NCBI RefSeq assembly: GCF_006345805.1
Contig: NC_043011.1
Location: 47,442,464-47,506,463 of the forward strand
DNA from: Octopus sinensis
Lineage: Eukaryota
DNA: 64,000 bases
Reading direction: 5' to 3'
A program made the translations under genes and the position numbers. Below the pieces are notes generated by a model. The model was not told the origin of the DNA and did no database searches. It worked only from the letters and a program-made list of their open reading frames with translations. This document shows, one piece after another, positions 25,176 through 37,468 of the stretch; position 1 is the stretch's first letter, and each line of letters begins with the position of its first letter.

Positions 25176-25827
25176 GTAAGATGATGGAAGGAGTGGGAGT
25201 TAATTAAAAGATACATCCATTTCATGAAACTCCCAATCAGCATGGAGTGCTGGAAGTAACAAGGGTAATACTAAAAAGATAGATGGAAAAGCCTGATATA
25301 ACACAAAAATGTGTAATAATTTTGTTAAAGCTGATCTGAGTTTCAATAACAACAACAACAACAACAGAATGACTCTTTGGACACTCAACCTGCTCAGTCC
25401 ATTAGCAGTCACATTATTCTGTCAAAACTGATGCACCTCACCACCACTCACCACCAGAAATATAGACCACTTTCTGTATTATTTTTTTTTTCTTTTTTAC
25501 ATCCATTGATACCTTTTAGCCACTTAATTATTGCCCCATTTTTCTTCAATGCTCCTGGATCTTTCCACTGCCTCAGCAGGGTCAATGTCATCCACTTTAT
25601 TCTTTTTCATTAATCACACTCAACCATGTTAGAAGAAAGTGCTCAAAATAATGTGGACCTTAGTTCCCTGCATGATGGTAAAAGATGAAGTGGCCACAGA
25701 ATGTCTTCGATTTATAAGTCCACTTGACCATAGCTGACCGGGGGCTAAAGAATAATAGCAACTTCTAGAATTGTAATGAAGCCGTGGCTATTTTATTAGG
25801 TGTCAGTACTAAATACTTCTCACTTAC

Positions 25828-25942
25828 CTATATAAATTCTTCATCAAATATTCCAGACACAACACAAATTAATGGCACAATTTCAGATGCTGCCAAATTC
25901 AAGTGGCAACATTGCTGTTGCTGGCTAATGTTCCATATGCAG
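25828..25942 (-). other. Candidate 115-nt exon (possibly non-coding or terminal)
   Basis: Acceptor CTTATTCTTCACAG| and donor AG|GTAAGT; the only long frame (CIWNISQQQQCCHLNLAASEIVPLICVVSGIFDEEFI) ends in TAG at the junction. Confidence 0.3.
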
Positions 25943-26751
25943 CTGTGAAGAATAAGCTGTCACAGTAAGACACATATTTAGGAGAATGGGAGCCTCCCGA
26001 GAGACGTGTTGCAGGATCTAGCTGTGAAATATTTTCTCCCTTCCCTAATCAATCGTGCTTTGATCTATTCATTATCATTACACTTATAACACGGTTGATT
26101 TGATACTAATTGTGATTGACTGTCTAATTGGTGCCGGTATGGGAAACTAGAAAATGATAACGATGTGGAAGAGGGGGCAGGAAGTAAGATTATAGTGACT
26201 ACAAATATAACGAGGATGAGTATAATGCTCAGGGAGTGGGCCATAGTAATAATGAATAGTGGTGGTGGTGGTGGTAGTAATAATTAAGAAGACTACGAAG
26301 ACGAAGGTGGTGGTGGTGGGGGGGATGACAATAGGGTGATGGTAATAATTAAGATGGATGACAGTGATTATAAAGGTAATAGTGATGCTAGAAGATTCTT
26401 ATTCCTCTTTGATATCCACTGACCAATGATGGATTGGTATTTCATGAGTTACTTCTCTCATTTTGGTAAATTCCAAACAACTGTGTCATGCTGGAACATT
26501 TAATTTTACAACCAAGACATCACTTCTTTAAAACTAATTGCTTGGCCCTTAGCCATAAAGTGCAGATGGAATTTAACGGGAACCAGGCATGCTGAGATTT
26601 ATAGCATAATCTCTAATTTGTACAGAAACAGAGGAAGGTTGGAATGAAGAATGAATATTATATATTGATGTTTTGTTTTTGCTGTAACTTTCACTGATCT
26701 CTCACTTTATTAGATGCATACCTCACAAAGAGACTAAATCTTAATTTGTCG

Positions 26752-27072
<321 letters not shown>

Positions 27073-27380
27073 GTGGAGGCACATGGCCTAGTGGTTAGAG
27101 CAGCGGACTTGCGGTTGAAGGATCATGGGTTCGAATCTCAGACCGGGTGATGTGTGTGTTTATGGGCAAAACACCTAAGCTCCACGTAGCTCCGGCAGAA
27201 GGTTATGGCAAAACTTCCGGTGACTCTTCCGCCACAACTTTCTCTCACTCTTTCCTCCTGCATCTTGCAGCTCACCTGCGACGGACCAGCGTCCCCTCGA
27301 GGTGGGCAACCTATACGCCAAGAAACCGGGAAACCGGCCCTTATGAGCCAGGCATGGCTCGAGAAGGAACAAATAACAAA
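27073..27380 (+). mobile_element. tRNA-derived SINE (D-related) with well-preserved A box TGGCCTAGTGG and B box GGTTCGAATC
   Basis: tRNA-like head, GCGACGGACCAGCGTCCC module shared with the D copies, (AAC)-type tail. Confidence 0.85.
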
Positions 27381-27430
27381 TATATATATATATATAATAC
27401 ATGTATATAAATTAGAAAAAACCACCATGA

Positions 27431-27686
27431 AGCAATTCAACAATGATATACTTAAATCATACAATATAGAGAAAAATTAAAGATACAATTAAACATTTAC
27501 CTAAAACTAAATAAAGTACTAAATAATAAATAAATAGTATATAATTGGTAAAATTAAATGTCTATTTACTAATTATATACTATTTATTTATTATTTAGTA
27601 CTTTGTTTAGTTTTAGGTAAATGTTTTATCATATCTTTAATTTTTCTCTCTATGGTATGATTTAAGTATATCATTTTTGAATTGCT
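27431..27686. repeat. Long inverted repeat (foldback): ~122-bp arms, 12-nt loop
   Basis: 27431-27552 pairs with 27565-27686 with about 8 mismatches. Confidence 0.95.
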
Positions 27687-27801
27687 ACGTGGTAGTTCTT
27701 CTCTAATTTATATACATGTATCATATATTGTGAAATTTGATTTAGTATTACTAAATTGAATTTTTCCTCTAAGTTTGGAATCATATTCCCTAATATTATT
27801 A

Positions 27802-27867
<66 letters not shown>

Positions 27868-28140
27868 GATATTGGTAGAGATCTAGTTGATTTATATTAT
27901 TATTTATTTGTAAATATTATACTATTACAGACAATGAAAGTTCAGTTGTCTGATTTGGTCTTCCTTCTCTGGAATCTAGTACTGTGTGATCTGATGCTGC
28001 CTTGGCTGTTATTTCTTACATGACAAGGGCCAGTATCAAGGTTTTCTGACTGTCATAATTTAAGTGGAACTAATTAAAATTGAGAGAAAAGGTCATGATA
28101 TTATACAAAATGCTGTAATATTTTTTTCATATCCACTTAC

Positions 28141-28221
28141 TTGTAGAAAGATCACTAACCAAATAACCATTAATTAAGCTTGCTTTCTTCACAGATGTGA
28201 TCCTAAAGTTATACCCTGAGC
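28141..28221 (-). other. Candidate 81-nt symmetric exon
   Basis: Donor AA|GTAAGT, weak acceptor AATACAG|; open frame xSGYNFRITSVKKASLINGYLVSDLST. Confidence 0.18.
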
Positions 28222-28600
28222 CTGTATTTCTAATGTTCATATAATAATTCTTCTATTTTTGCCAGTTGACACATGAAAGAGAATCGTTTATATCATTTGC
28301 CTCTTGTGCAAAGTCGAGTAGATACGAGCGACCAGGTCATAGATGCATGACAAAAGACTTTGGCACAGCTTTATAACAAGGAATAAAGGAAATGAATGGT
28401 AAAAGTGAATTTGCTTAATAAATGGCAAATATGATGCTGCTATGCTGCTGATCAAACTGCAAATATATAACAGAGTGAATGAATTATCGGAGCGACCAGG
28501 TCACAGATATACGATGTTTGGGGAAGGAAGAGAGAAAGAGCATAGGGACAGTGATATTTATTAGACAAAAGAATAGAGGTGTAACAATTGATGTGCATGA

Positions 28601-28635
<35 letters not shown>

Positions 28636-28940
28636 TTAAATATGACTCTAGCCACAAAGGCAATGATACCTTTTGTAACACAGCATACGTGGGTGAATTG
28701 CAGTGTTGTACGTATGTAAACAGTTGCTTAGATAAAATACTGATTCAATGAAAAAGCTATTTACATCTTCCAGTCCATAAAAACTGCATTAGGCTTGGCT
28801 CCATTCCTATATTTACAGCTAATTATAAGGTCCGTGGCTTTGTCCCAAAGAACACTCACAACAAAAGCTAATTGCCATGGTTATCTTCAATTATGGTAGC
28901 CAGTTAATGAAAATACACAAATATACATACATACATATGC

Positions 28941-28971
<31 letters not shown>

Positions 28972-29348
28972 ATCCCTACAAGTTATAGATTTTCTTTATG
29001 CTTTTGTTTACAAGAGTCCAACAGCATTTAAAAAAAAAAATTCCCTACACAGTCAATATATTACATTTTTTTACCATTATATAACACTAAAATACAGAAA
29101 AAAGTCTCTACCAATATCAAACTGAGAAAAAGAAAAAAAACCCAAATAATTTAAGAACAAAATTCAAGAGTGGATGAGGTAAAAATGACAATCGACAGGG
29201 AAGAGAAGTGAAGGCATTTATAGAATATATGCTGTATTCAGACTATCTATCAATTTTATTTTTGAAGAATGAAGAATTCTTTCAGAAATTTTACAGACAC
29301 ACCTAAAAATGGTAGGAAATAACAAGTTTAGCTTGAAGGCTACAAAGA

Positions 29349-29401
<53 letters not shown>

Positions 29402-29529
29402 GCAAGTGAATGAGACAGAGTGAAAATAAAATAAAAAACAAAATGAGTCAACATAAATTGACCAAATTAAGGATGTGGAGAGAGTGAGAGACAGAGAAAG
29501 AGACAGATAGACAGACAGAAGAATTTAGT

Positions 29530-29530
29530 G

Positions 29531-29582
<52 letters not shown>

Positions 29583-29591
29583 ATGTATATG

Positions 29592-29631
<40 letters not shown>

Positions 29632-29663
29632 TGTATATAATATATATATGTATATATATGTAT

Positions 29664-29727
<64 letters not shown>

Positions 29728-29777
29728 GTATATATATATATGTATATATATGTATATATATATGTATGTATATATAT

Positions 29778-29821
<44 letters not shown>

Positions 29822-29833
29822 ATATATATATAT

Positions 29834-29925
<92 letters not shown>
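29530..29925. repeat. (TA)n/(TATG)n followed by (GATA)n
   Basis: Direct reading. Confidence 0.95.
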
Positions 29926-30416
29926 GAGATAGTGGGGAAGAGAAAGAAAGAGAAAGTAAGTAAGAAAGAGAAATGAGTATCAAAGAGAGGAGCAAAATAC
30001 ATAAATGCCATCATGAAAAAAAAAATTAAAAGAAACAAAAATAAAATTTCAGAAGATCAATAAAATGGAGGAAATCAAATATATTTTGAGAGTTATGTCA
30101 GAAATTCTTCACTTGTAGGACTCTGTATAATAATACTGACAGTTCTCTGTGATCAACGATTTTGGTTTGATTTTCTATTTGTATTTTGAATTTTTCTATC
30201 ACTTGTTGTTGTTGTTGTCGTTGTTATTCATGTTTTAATCATTTCATTTACATAATTGAGAACTTGTATCTGACATTCTCAGCCATAATTGCTCAATATC
30301 AAGAAAGGTTCAGAATGATTTCAAGATTATTACACTTCAACGCCTTTTCTTTTCATATGTTTGTTTCTTTTCTTTGTTTTTGTTATTATTATTTTTCATC
30401 ATTATTATTATTATTA

Positions 30417-30462
<46 letters not shown>

Positions 30463-30464
30463 TT

Positions 30465-30628
30465 CAAAATCATCATCGTCATTGATTTGATTCAGGTTCT
30501 TTTGTGGGTAGCAGATTATTACCTGTAATCTTAGGTACCCAGAAGCTTTCAATAGTCTTTCAAGTGCTTAAAGCCCTCCTGGTAATCTCTCCTTTCCCTA
30601 AGAGGCAAACTTTCTGTAGAAGTTCTAC
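30465..30628 (-). mobile_element. R4/Dong-like (RLE-clade) non-LTR retrotransposon 3' end in a (TAA)n tract
   Basis: Minus frame ELLQKVCLLGKGEITRRALST* resembles the RLE C-terminal LQK..LLG...I.R..L motif; followed by a (TAA)n tail. Confidence 0.6.
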
Positions 30629-30694
30629 AGAGCATTCTATTCCATTATTATTGTTATTATTATTATTATTTTTATTTTTATTATTATTATTATT

Positions 30695-30912
30695 AGGGTG
30701 GTGAGCTGGTAGAATAATTAGCATACTGGATGAAATGCTTAGCAGTATTTCACCCGTTGCTATGTTCTGAGTTCAAATCCTGAGGTTGACTTTAGCTTTC
30801 ATCTTCTAGGGGTCAATAAAATAAGTACCAGTTGAACAATGGGGTCAATGTAATTGACTCATTCCCTCCCCCAAAGTTTCTCATTCCCTCCCCCAAAGTT
30901 GTGGCAAAATTT
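30695..30912 (+). mobile_element. SINE family B (alternative tail, (ATT)n-flanked)
   Basis: GGGTGGTGAGCTGGTAGAAT head; 20-bp internal duplication TCATTCCCTCCCCCAAAGTT. Confidence 0.8.
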
Positions 30913-30914
30913 TA

Positions 30915-30967
<53 letters not shown>

Positions 30968-30987
30968 CATTATTATTATTATTATTA

Positions 30988-31292
30988 GTGAGGACACATG
31001 GCTTAGTGGTTAAGGTGTTGTACTCACAACCATGAGAATGTGATTTCAATTTCTAGACCAGGTGGTGCATTGTGTTATTGAGCAAAACATTTTATCTCTT
31101 GTGGCTCTGTGATCACTTCAACACTTGACATGTGGTATACCATGCAGCTGTTCAGGCAATATTGATTTGATGGTGAGAATGAGCTAATGTATGGCACACA
31201 CATTTGATCACTATAAACAAATCATTTGTACAGGCCAGTTGGCAAAATCAGAACACCCGTACATCATCTTTGATGGGAGAGTCCATTATTAT
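30988..31292 (+). mobile_element. Diverged D-related SINE
   Basis: GAGGACACATGGCTTAGTGGTTAAGG head; similar to 39581-39842. Confidence 0.6.
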
Positions 31293-31460
31293 TGGTGTGT
31301 TTACGTCCCCGTAACTTAGTGGTTCAGTAAAAGAGTTCGATAGAACAAGTACTAGGCTTACAAAGAATAAGTCCTGGGGTCGATTTGCTCGACTAAAAAG
31401 GTGGTGCTCCAGCATGGCCACAGTCAAATGACTGAAACAAGTAAAAGTGTAAAAGAGAGT
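31293..31460 (+). mobile_element. SINE family A, 3' fragment
   Basis: GGTGTGTTTACGTCCCCGTAACTTAG to tail. Confidence 0.85.
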
Positions 31461-32873
31461 AACTGAAGAGATTAGGTAGTTGACACCATTTACCCCAATA
31501 TTTGACTGGATTTTAATCTATTGACCTCAAAATGATAATAAGCAAACTTGACCTCAGTGAGATTTGAATTCAGGAAAGAAAATAATCCAAGAAGTCTCAC
31601 TGGACATTTCTTACAGAATTCTAATGATTCTGCCAAGCTTGCCACCTTAAATCACTCACCGAAATTAAAAGGAAAACACATACAGCTATATACAACAAAA
31701 TTAGCAATCATTCCTGGAATGCTTTTGATCATAGTTCTGCAGGATTAATGCTAAACAACAACAACCACAAATTCCACTGGTTGTCAGTATTTACTCCTGG
31801 GATCTTTCTCCCAAGATTCCATGAAAATTTTTATTAATAAAATTTGAAATTATTGAAAAATCTATATTTCTGAAATAACTGAAGAAAGTGTATATATAAA
31901 TTTTTTCCCTTTCATAATATCAATAAATGGTGCTGTCTTGACAATTTCAGACTGAACTTGAAGAATTCTCATTAGAGAATTTTCTTGCTTTTCATTAGCA
32001 TCTTTAAACTGACAAGAGTATTTCTGAAAAATTCTGGTCAAAATTAATTTCATACTCATTGGTTCATTAGACAACTTGTTATAATTAAAGACTTCCCAAG
32101 AACATCACAAATTTATATCCAGCTATAACATTCTTTGTGTATAGATGTTTCTTTATGCAGTGTGTGTGTATGTGTTAGTGAGGGATGGAGAGAGAGAGAG
32201 AAGGAGAGAGGGAGAGGGCACAAGTAAATGAGTTTGTGTGTATGCATATTGGCTTATAAGTTTTATGATTGTGTGTATATGCATGATGCTGTTGTGCAAT
32301 TGCGATTTCATGTCAAAAATATGTCCTAAATTATTTCTGCTTTCAGGTATGATTATTCCATTTCGGAGTACTGATCCACCCTTAAGCAAAAGTATAAACA
32401 TTACTATTTCCTTATCTATTCTTTCTTCGAATTTCAAGCCTGCACAAATATACAGTAACATATATGCATGTTGTACGGATGAATGGATACACATGTGCAT
32501 GTATGTGTGTGTGTTTGTATGCATTTATTCACGGATGGATGGATGGGTGGGTGGATAGATAGATGGATGGAAATATCAAAATAGTGCTGATGATTTGGAA
32601 AAATAATTAGCTGAGATGAACTGCAGCTTAGGTTTGTGCCAGGAAGCAATTCCACTGATACCATTTACCTAAGGAGACAACATCAGAAATTCTTTGATAA
32701 TTGCAAGTCGCTACATCTTGTGTTCATTGCTCTGTAGTATGCCTGTGATAGAGAACTGAGCTCTGTAGATTGGTTGGGGCTAAGAAATGAGATGTAGATG
32801 AATGGGTTGTGGGAGTTGTGCAAGCTGTGAGAAGTGATGCTGTTGGAAAGATGTTCAGTGATCCCCTTCATCA

Positions 32874-33352
32874 TTATTATCATCATCGTTTAACGTCTGC
32901 TTTCCATAGGTTGGACGATTTGACTGAGGACTGGCAAACCAGATGGCTGCACCAGGCTCTAATCATGATCTGGCAGAGTTTCTACAGCTGGATGCCCTTC
33001 CTAACGCCAACCACTCCAAGAGTATGTGGGTGCTTTTATGTGCCACCGGCACGAGGGCCAGTCAAGTGGAACTGGCAATGGCCACGCTCAAATGGTGATT
33101 TTTACATGCCACCTACACAGGAGCCGGTCCAGCAGCACTGACAACGACCTCACTCAAATGTTTTTTCACATGCCAGTAAGGCGACGCTGGTAACGATCAC
33201 GCTCGAATGGTGCTTTTTATGTGCCACCAGCACAGAAGCCAGTCAGCTGCACTGGCAATGATCATGCTCAGATGGTGCTCTTAGCACTACACTAATATGG
33301 ATGCCAGTCACTGAATTTGATTTCGATTTCACTTGCCTCAACAGATCTTCAC
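32874..33352 (-). mobile_element. Family C (RTE-type 3' end), longer version with ~5 internal subrepeats
   Basis: Colinear with 56155-56617. Confidence 0.8.
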
Positions 33353-33683
33353 CATATTAAGTCTAACACCATATTAACATATGTTGACATATCTCTGTTG
33401 TTGCATGTATACATCAGCAATCATTTCCAATGCACTGCAATTTAACTGATGGAAAGAAAGTCTACATTCGCTCAATATATAACAATTTCTCTAACAGAAT
33501 ATCACTGTGGTTTCTTTTGATCCAGTGATAAAAAACAAAGAAATATGAACTAACATCATCACCATCATCATTCTCCGTTCCTCACCTCTCCATCACTCAC
33601 TCTCTCATTATCTATATGACCACTTTCTATTCCTCTCTTTTCATCTAAGCTTTTCTCCTCTGTATCAGTCTGTCTATCTATCA

Positions 33684-33724
<41 letters not shown>

Positions 33725-33785
33725 CCTATCTATCTATCTATCTGTCTGTCTATCTGTCTATATGTCTATCTATCTATTTGTCTGC

Positions 33786-33841
<56 letters not shown>

Positions 33842-34199
33842 TTGTCTGTCTGTCTATCTGTCTATCTATCTCTCTATCTACCTATCTCATGTGTATCTCT
33901 GTTTCTTTTCCATTTTTTTCCTTTGATTTTCCCAATGTTATCTAACAAATTATCATCCTTCCGTTATCTCTAGAGAAGGGAAGTAACTTAATGGCAAAAT
34001 TGTGAAACTTTTCAATAGAAATATGAACACTTTAAAAACTTGAATTTAAAAACATTGCTTTAAATTTAACTATAAACAATTTATGATTCTTCCCAGTGAA
34101 ACAGCAACTAATAACACAATTTCATAGGTTTGTTTGGGACACACACACTCACACATATAAATCATGTGTATATATGACTTGTGTCTCAGTAGTAAATCT

Positions 34200-34545
34200 G
34201 TAGCGAGTGACTGAACCTCTTCACCCAGATGGGTGTGAAGGGTGCCAGTGCCTGAAGTAGCTGCTCAGACCAAAGGCAGTATAGAAGAGCTGGGTACATC
34301 CATTACAGGGGAGAAGGGTTGAGGAAGTGTGAGTCAATCTTTGAATCTTCTATGTCTGATCTCTGCCTTTTGACATCTGTGATTTTCCATTGAGTCTGTT
34401 CCTTTGACTCCGACATGCAGCCACTTTGGGCAGTCACTCAGGATTGTCTCCCAGGTATTTGGGTCAATGGAGCAGTGAAAGCGAGTGGCCTTGGGCTGGT
34501 CTTGGAAATGAAATTTGGGGGCTACAAATGGTCTGTTGCCTGAGG
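34200..34545 (-). mobile_element. RTE/BovB-type LINE ORF2 C-terminal remnant
   Basis: Minus frame CSIDPNTWETILSDCPKW...KGTDSMENHRCQKAEIRHRRFK matches the RTE pattern I.P.TWE.LA.DR..W....G...FE..R...AE.KR.RRK. Confidence 0.7.
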
Positions 34546-34604
34546 CCAACTTAAAGAAAATTTGACAGGAAAGGCATGTTTGAAGCATACATACACACAT
34601 ATAT

Positions 34605-35007
34605 ACTCTTTTATTCATTTCAGTCATTTTGACTGCGGCCATGCTGGAGCACCGCCTTTTAGTCAAGCAAATCGACCCCAGGACTTATTCTTTGTAAGCC
34701 TAGTACTTATTCCATCAGTCTCCTTTGCCGAACTGCTAAGTTACAGGGACGTAAACACACCAGCATCAGTTGTCAAGCGATGTTGGGTGGGTGGGGGGAC
34801 AAACACAGACACACAATATATACACACACACACACATATATATACATATATACGACGGGCTTCTTTCAGTTTCAATCTACCAAATTCACTCACAAGGCTT
34901 TGGTTGGCAAGTAGAAGACACTTGCCCAAGGTGCCACGTAGTGGGACTGAACCCGGAACCATGTGGTTGGTAAGCTAGCTACATACCACACAGCTACTCC
35001 TGTGCCT
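34605..35007 (-). mobile_element. SINE family A, full-length
   Basis: Head and tail motifs as in the other A copies. Confidence 0.9.
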
Positions 35008-35324
35008 ATTTGCATACCTTATTTCCTCATTTCCTACCATATAGTCTATTCCAACAACTCTATTGTAGCAACTCGACAATTATGTTTAAATATATAAATT
35101 ATGTTTATATATATATATAAATTATGACAATTATGTTTAAATATATAAATTCCATGTTTTAAACTGAAACCAGTAGTTTGCTTGTTCTTTCTTCTTTCTA
35201 TTGTACACATATATTTTTATGTAAATAAGGATAAGGTCGTTATTTAAAATACCAATCATATCAAGTGGCAAGTATGGGAATAAAAAACCTTGTAGGTATA
35301 AATCATTATTAAAATCATAATTAA

Positions 35325-35493
35325 GGCTATCAAGGAGACAACTCCATGCTAGAGACAGCAGTCAAAACTTGACTCTAAAACTACTTCATGTATTCATACA
35401 GCCTTGTGCGTTTGTGCTGGATGAATACATGAAGTGGTTTTAGAGTCAAGTTTTGACTGCTATCTCTAGCATCGTGGTATCTCTTAGATACCC
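35325..35493. mobile_element. TTAA-flanked, almost fully palindromic MITE (Kolobok-like ends)
   Basis: TTAA|GGCTATC...GATACCC|TTAA; ~78-bp arms around a 13-nt loop. Confidence 0.65.
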
Positions 35494-35592
35494 TTAATTA
35501 TAATATTGTGTGTGTATATATATTTTTATTAAAATTTACTTTCAATTTAGCATTCTGCCTTATTATAATTTTTCCTCTCCTATATATATCTC

Positions 35593-35970
35593 TCTATATA
35601 TAAACGGCAGTTTGTCTGTCTGCGTGTCTGTGTGTCTGTCAGGTTGTACCCTCGCCCTGACCACGGCTTTCAACCGATTCTGATGAAACTTGACACACAC
35701 ATAGCCCAATGTCATAATTCAAAACTAACGCAGCGAAAATTTTGAAAAGTTCCCCCAGTTCTGAAAAAAATCGATAAATTCGACATGGGGTCGAGAATCA
35801 GAAACACAAACCACAGACTGTCTAGGGGACGCAACTCGACCTTTTTAACTCTCAAAAAAATTTACCATCATTTTTTTCCCATTTTTTTGCTATTTTTTGG
35901 CTATAACTCTCTAAAAATGCTTTATAGTTATTCCCTTACAAACCCGAGCAACGCCGGGCGATACTGCTAG
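35593..35970 (+). mobile_element. Complete non-autonomous Helitron
   Basis: 5' TCTATATATAAACGGC; 3' hairpin CCCGAGCAACGCCGGG then ATACTGCTAG|T. Confidence 0.85.
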
Positions 35971-36001
<31 letters not shown>

Positions 36002-37387
36002 ATATGTATATATACACACACCACACACACTAAAAAAACACTCAAATTTGAGTATTTAAATACATAAAAAAATACTCATTACATGAGGTGGTGTATAGTC
36101 ATGCAGATTGTGTGTTTATTGCTTTGGTGGATGGGTGCAGGTGATACACATAACACAAACATACACAAACAACATACATGTTTGTGCTGGTATAGATATC
36201 TATAGTTCGGAAATGAATGAACACCACAGATTCTCTTTGTCATCATTTGCTAGACTATGATAGGTCTTGTGGCAAAGTTGGTAGATTAGAGCAATTTAGG
36301 ATACAAATTTTAACAAACTGAGCAAAACGAGTTAATAACAAAAAAATAAAAATTAAAGAAGGAAAATAGAAGATAAAATTAACAAGCCATAAAATAAAAT
36401 AAAATTAAATTAAATTAAATAAAATAAAAAACAACAATTCATTCACTGCTCTAACATTTCTGATACTTTTCTAAAATGCATTAACAATTTCTGGAAGGGT
36501 CTTGAGTACACTTAGAATAAAATTGTTTTTAATAAATAATAGCAGCAAAAATAGTAAAAAACTCTAAAATTCACCACCATCATTATCATCATCACCACTA
36601 TCATCAACAACAACAACAACAACCCAAATGAAATGGAAAATTATCAGTTTTATGTTTAAATTATTAATTTGTTTTTTTTTTAAATCAGAAAAATACAAAA
36701 AATGCTTTATAAAAATATATATATATAATATGCAGACAAAACTAAAATAATGCATCTTCATTATTCTGTTTAATATGTTTAATATTTGAAATATTTGGAT
36801 TAAGAATGTAAAAATCGAAAGCATAAAATAAATGAATAAAGGAATAAATATTAAAATTTGATAATAGAGACAGTGAAAATGTTCCTTTTTTTTTTTTCAA
36901 TTTTTTTTTTTTGTATTTTTCAATTCACTTTTGTTTTAAGTAAACAAAAACTAACAACAGCAAAAAAAAAAAAAAAAAATTGATGGTTATTTATTAAGTT
37001 GGTAATTTGTAAAAACGGCGATTACTAAAAATGATAGATGTGTTAGTAATGATGATGATGGTAATGATGATGTTGGTGATGACAATAATATTGATGACAA
37101 CAGCTATGATGACTGTAGGTGAACATGATGTCTATGGTGCTGGTAATTACAATGATGGTGATGATGATGAGGATGGTGGTGGTGGTGGTGGTGGTGGTGG
37201 TGGTGGTTGGTATTATATAGTTATTATGCAACATCATAATCAGTTTATTGTTAAGCTTGTCTTATAATGAAAAAAGAAAAAAAATTTGTGGCGAAGCAAT
37301 ATGAGATGGATTGGAGGTTAAATGATGGTTTATTGTCACACGCAGTAGATAATTATATATATAGCACCTACAGAGTAACTGAGAATA

Positions 37388-37468
<81 letters not shown>

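Noticed and set aside
25200-25412. Hydrophobic, membrane-protein-like ORF
   Set aside because: The N-terminal half comes from a (GTT)n run and a pyrimidine tract; only the downstream part is retained as a weak exon candidate.
27073-27150. Apparent tRNA gene (A and B boxes)
   Set aside because: The acceptor stem is not closed and the sequence continues into a SINE body; it is a tRNA-derived head. No genuine tRNA or rRNA gene was seen in the window.
31862-32074. 70-aa non-repetitive minus ORF
   Set aside because: No clear donor, no recognisable motif, AT-rich composition like the flanks.
37175-37210. (GGT)n tract as a G-quadruplex element
   Set aside because: An ordinary trinucleotide microsatellite among many; nothing indicates a function.
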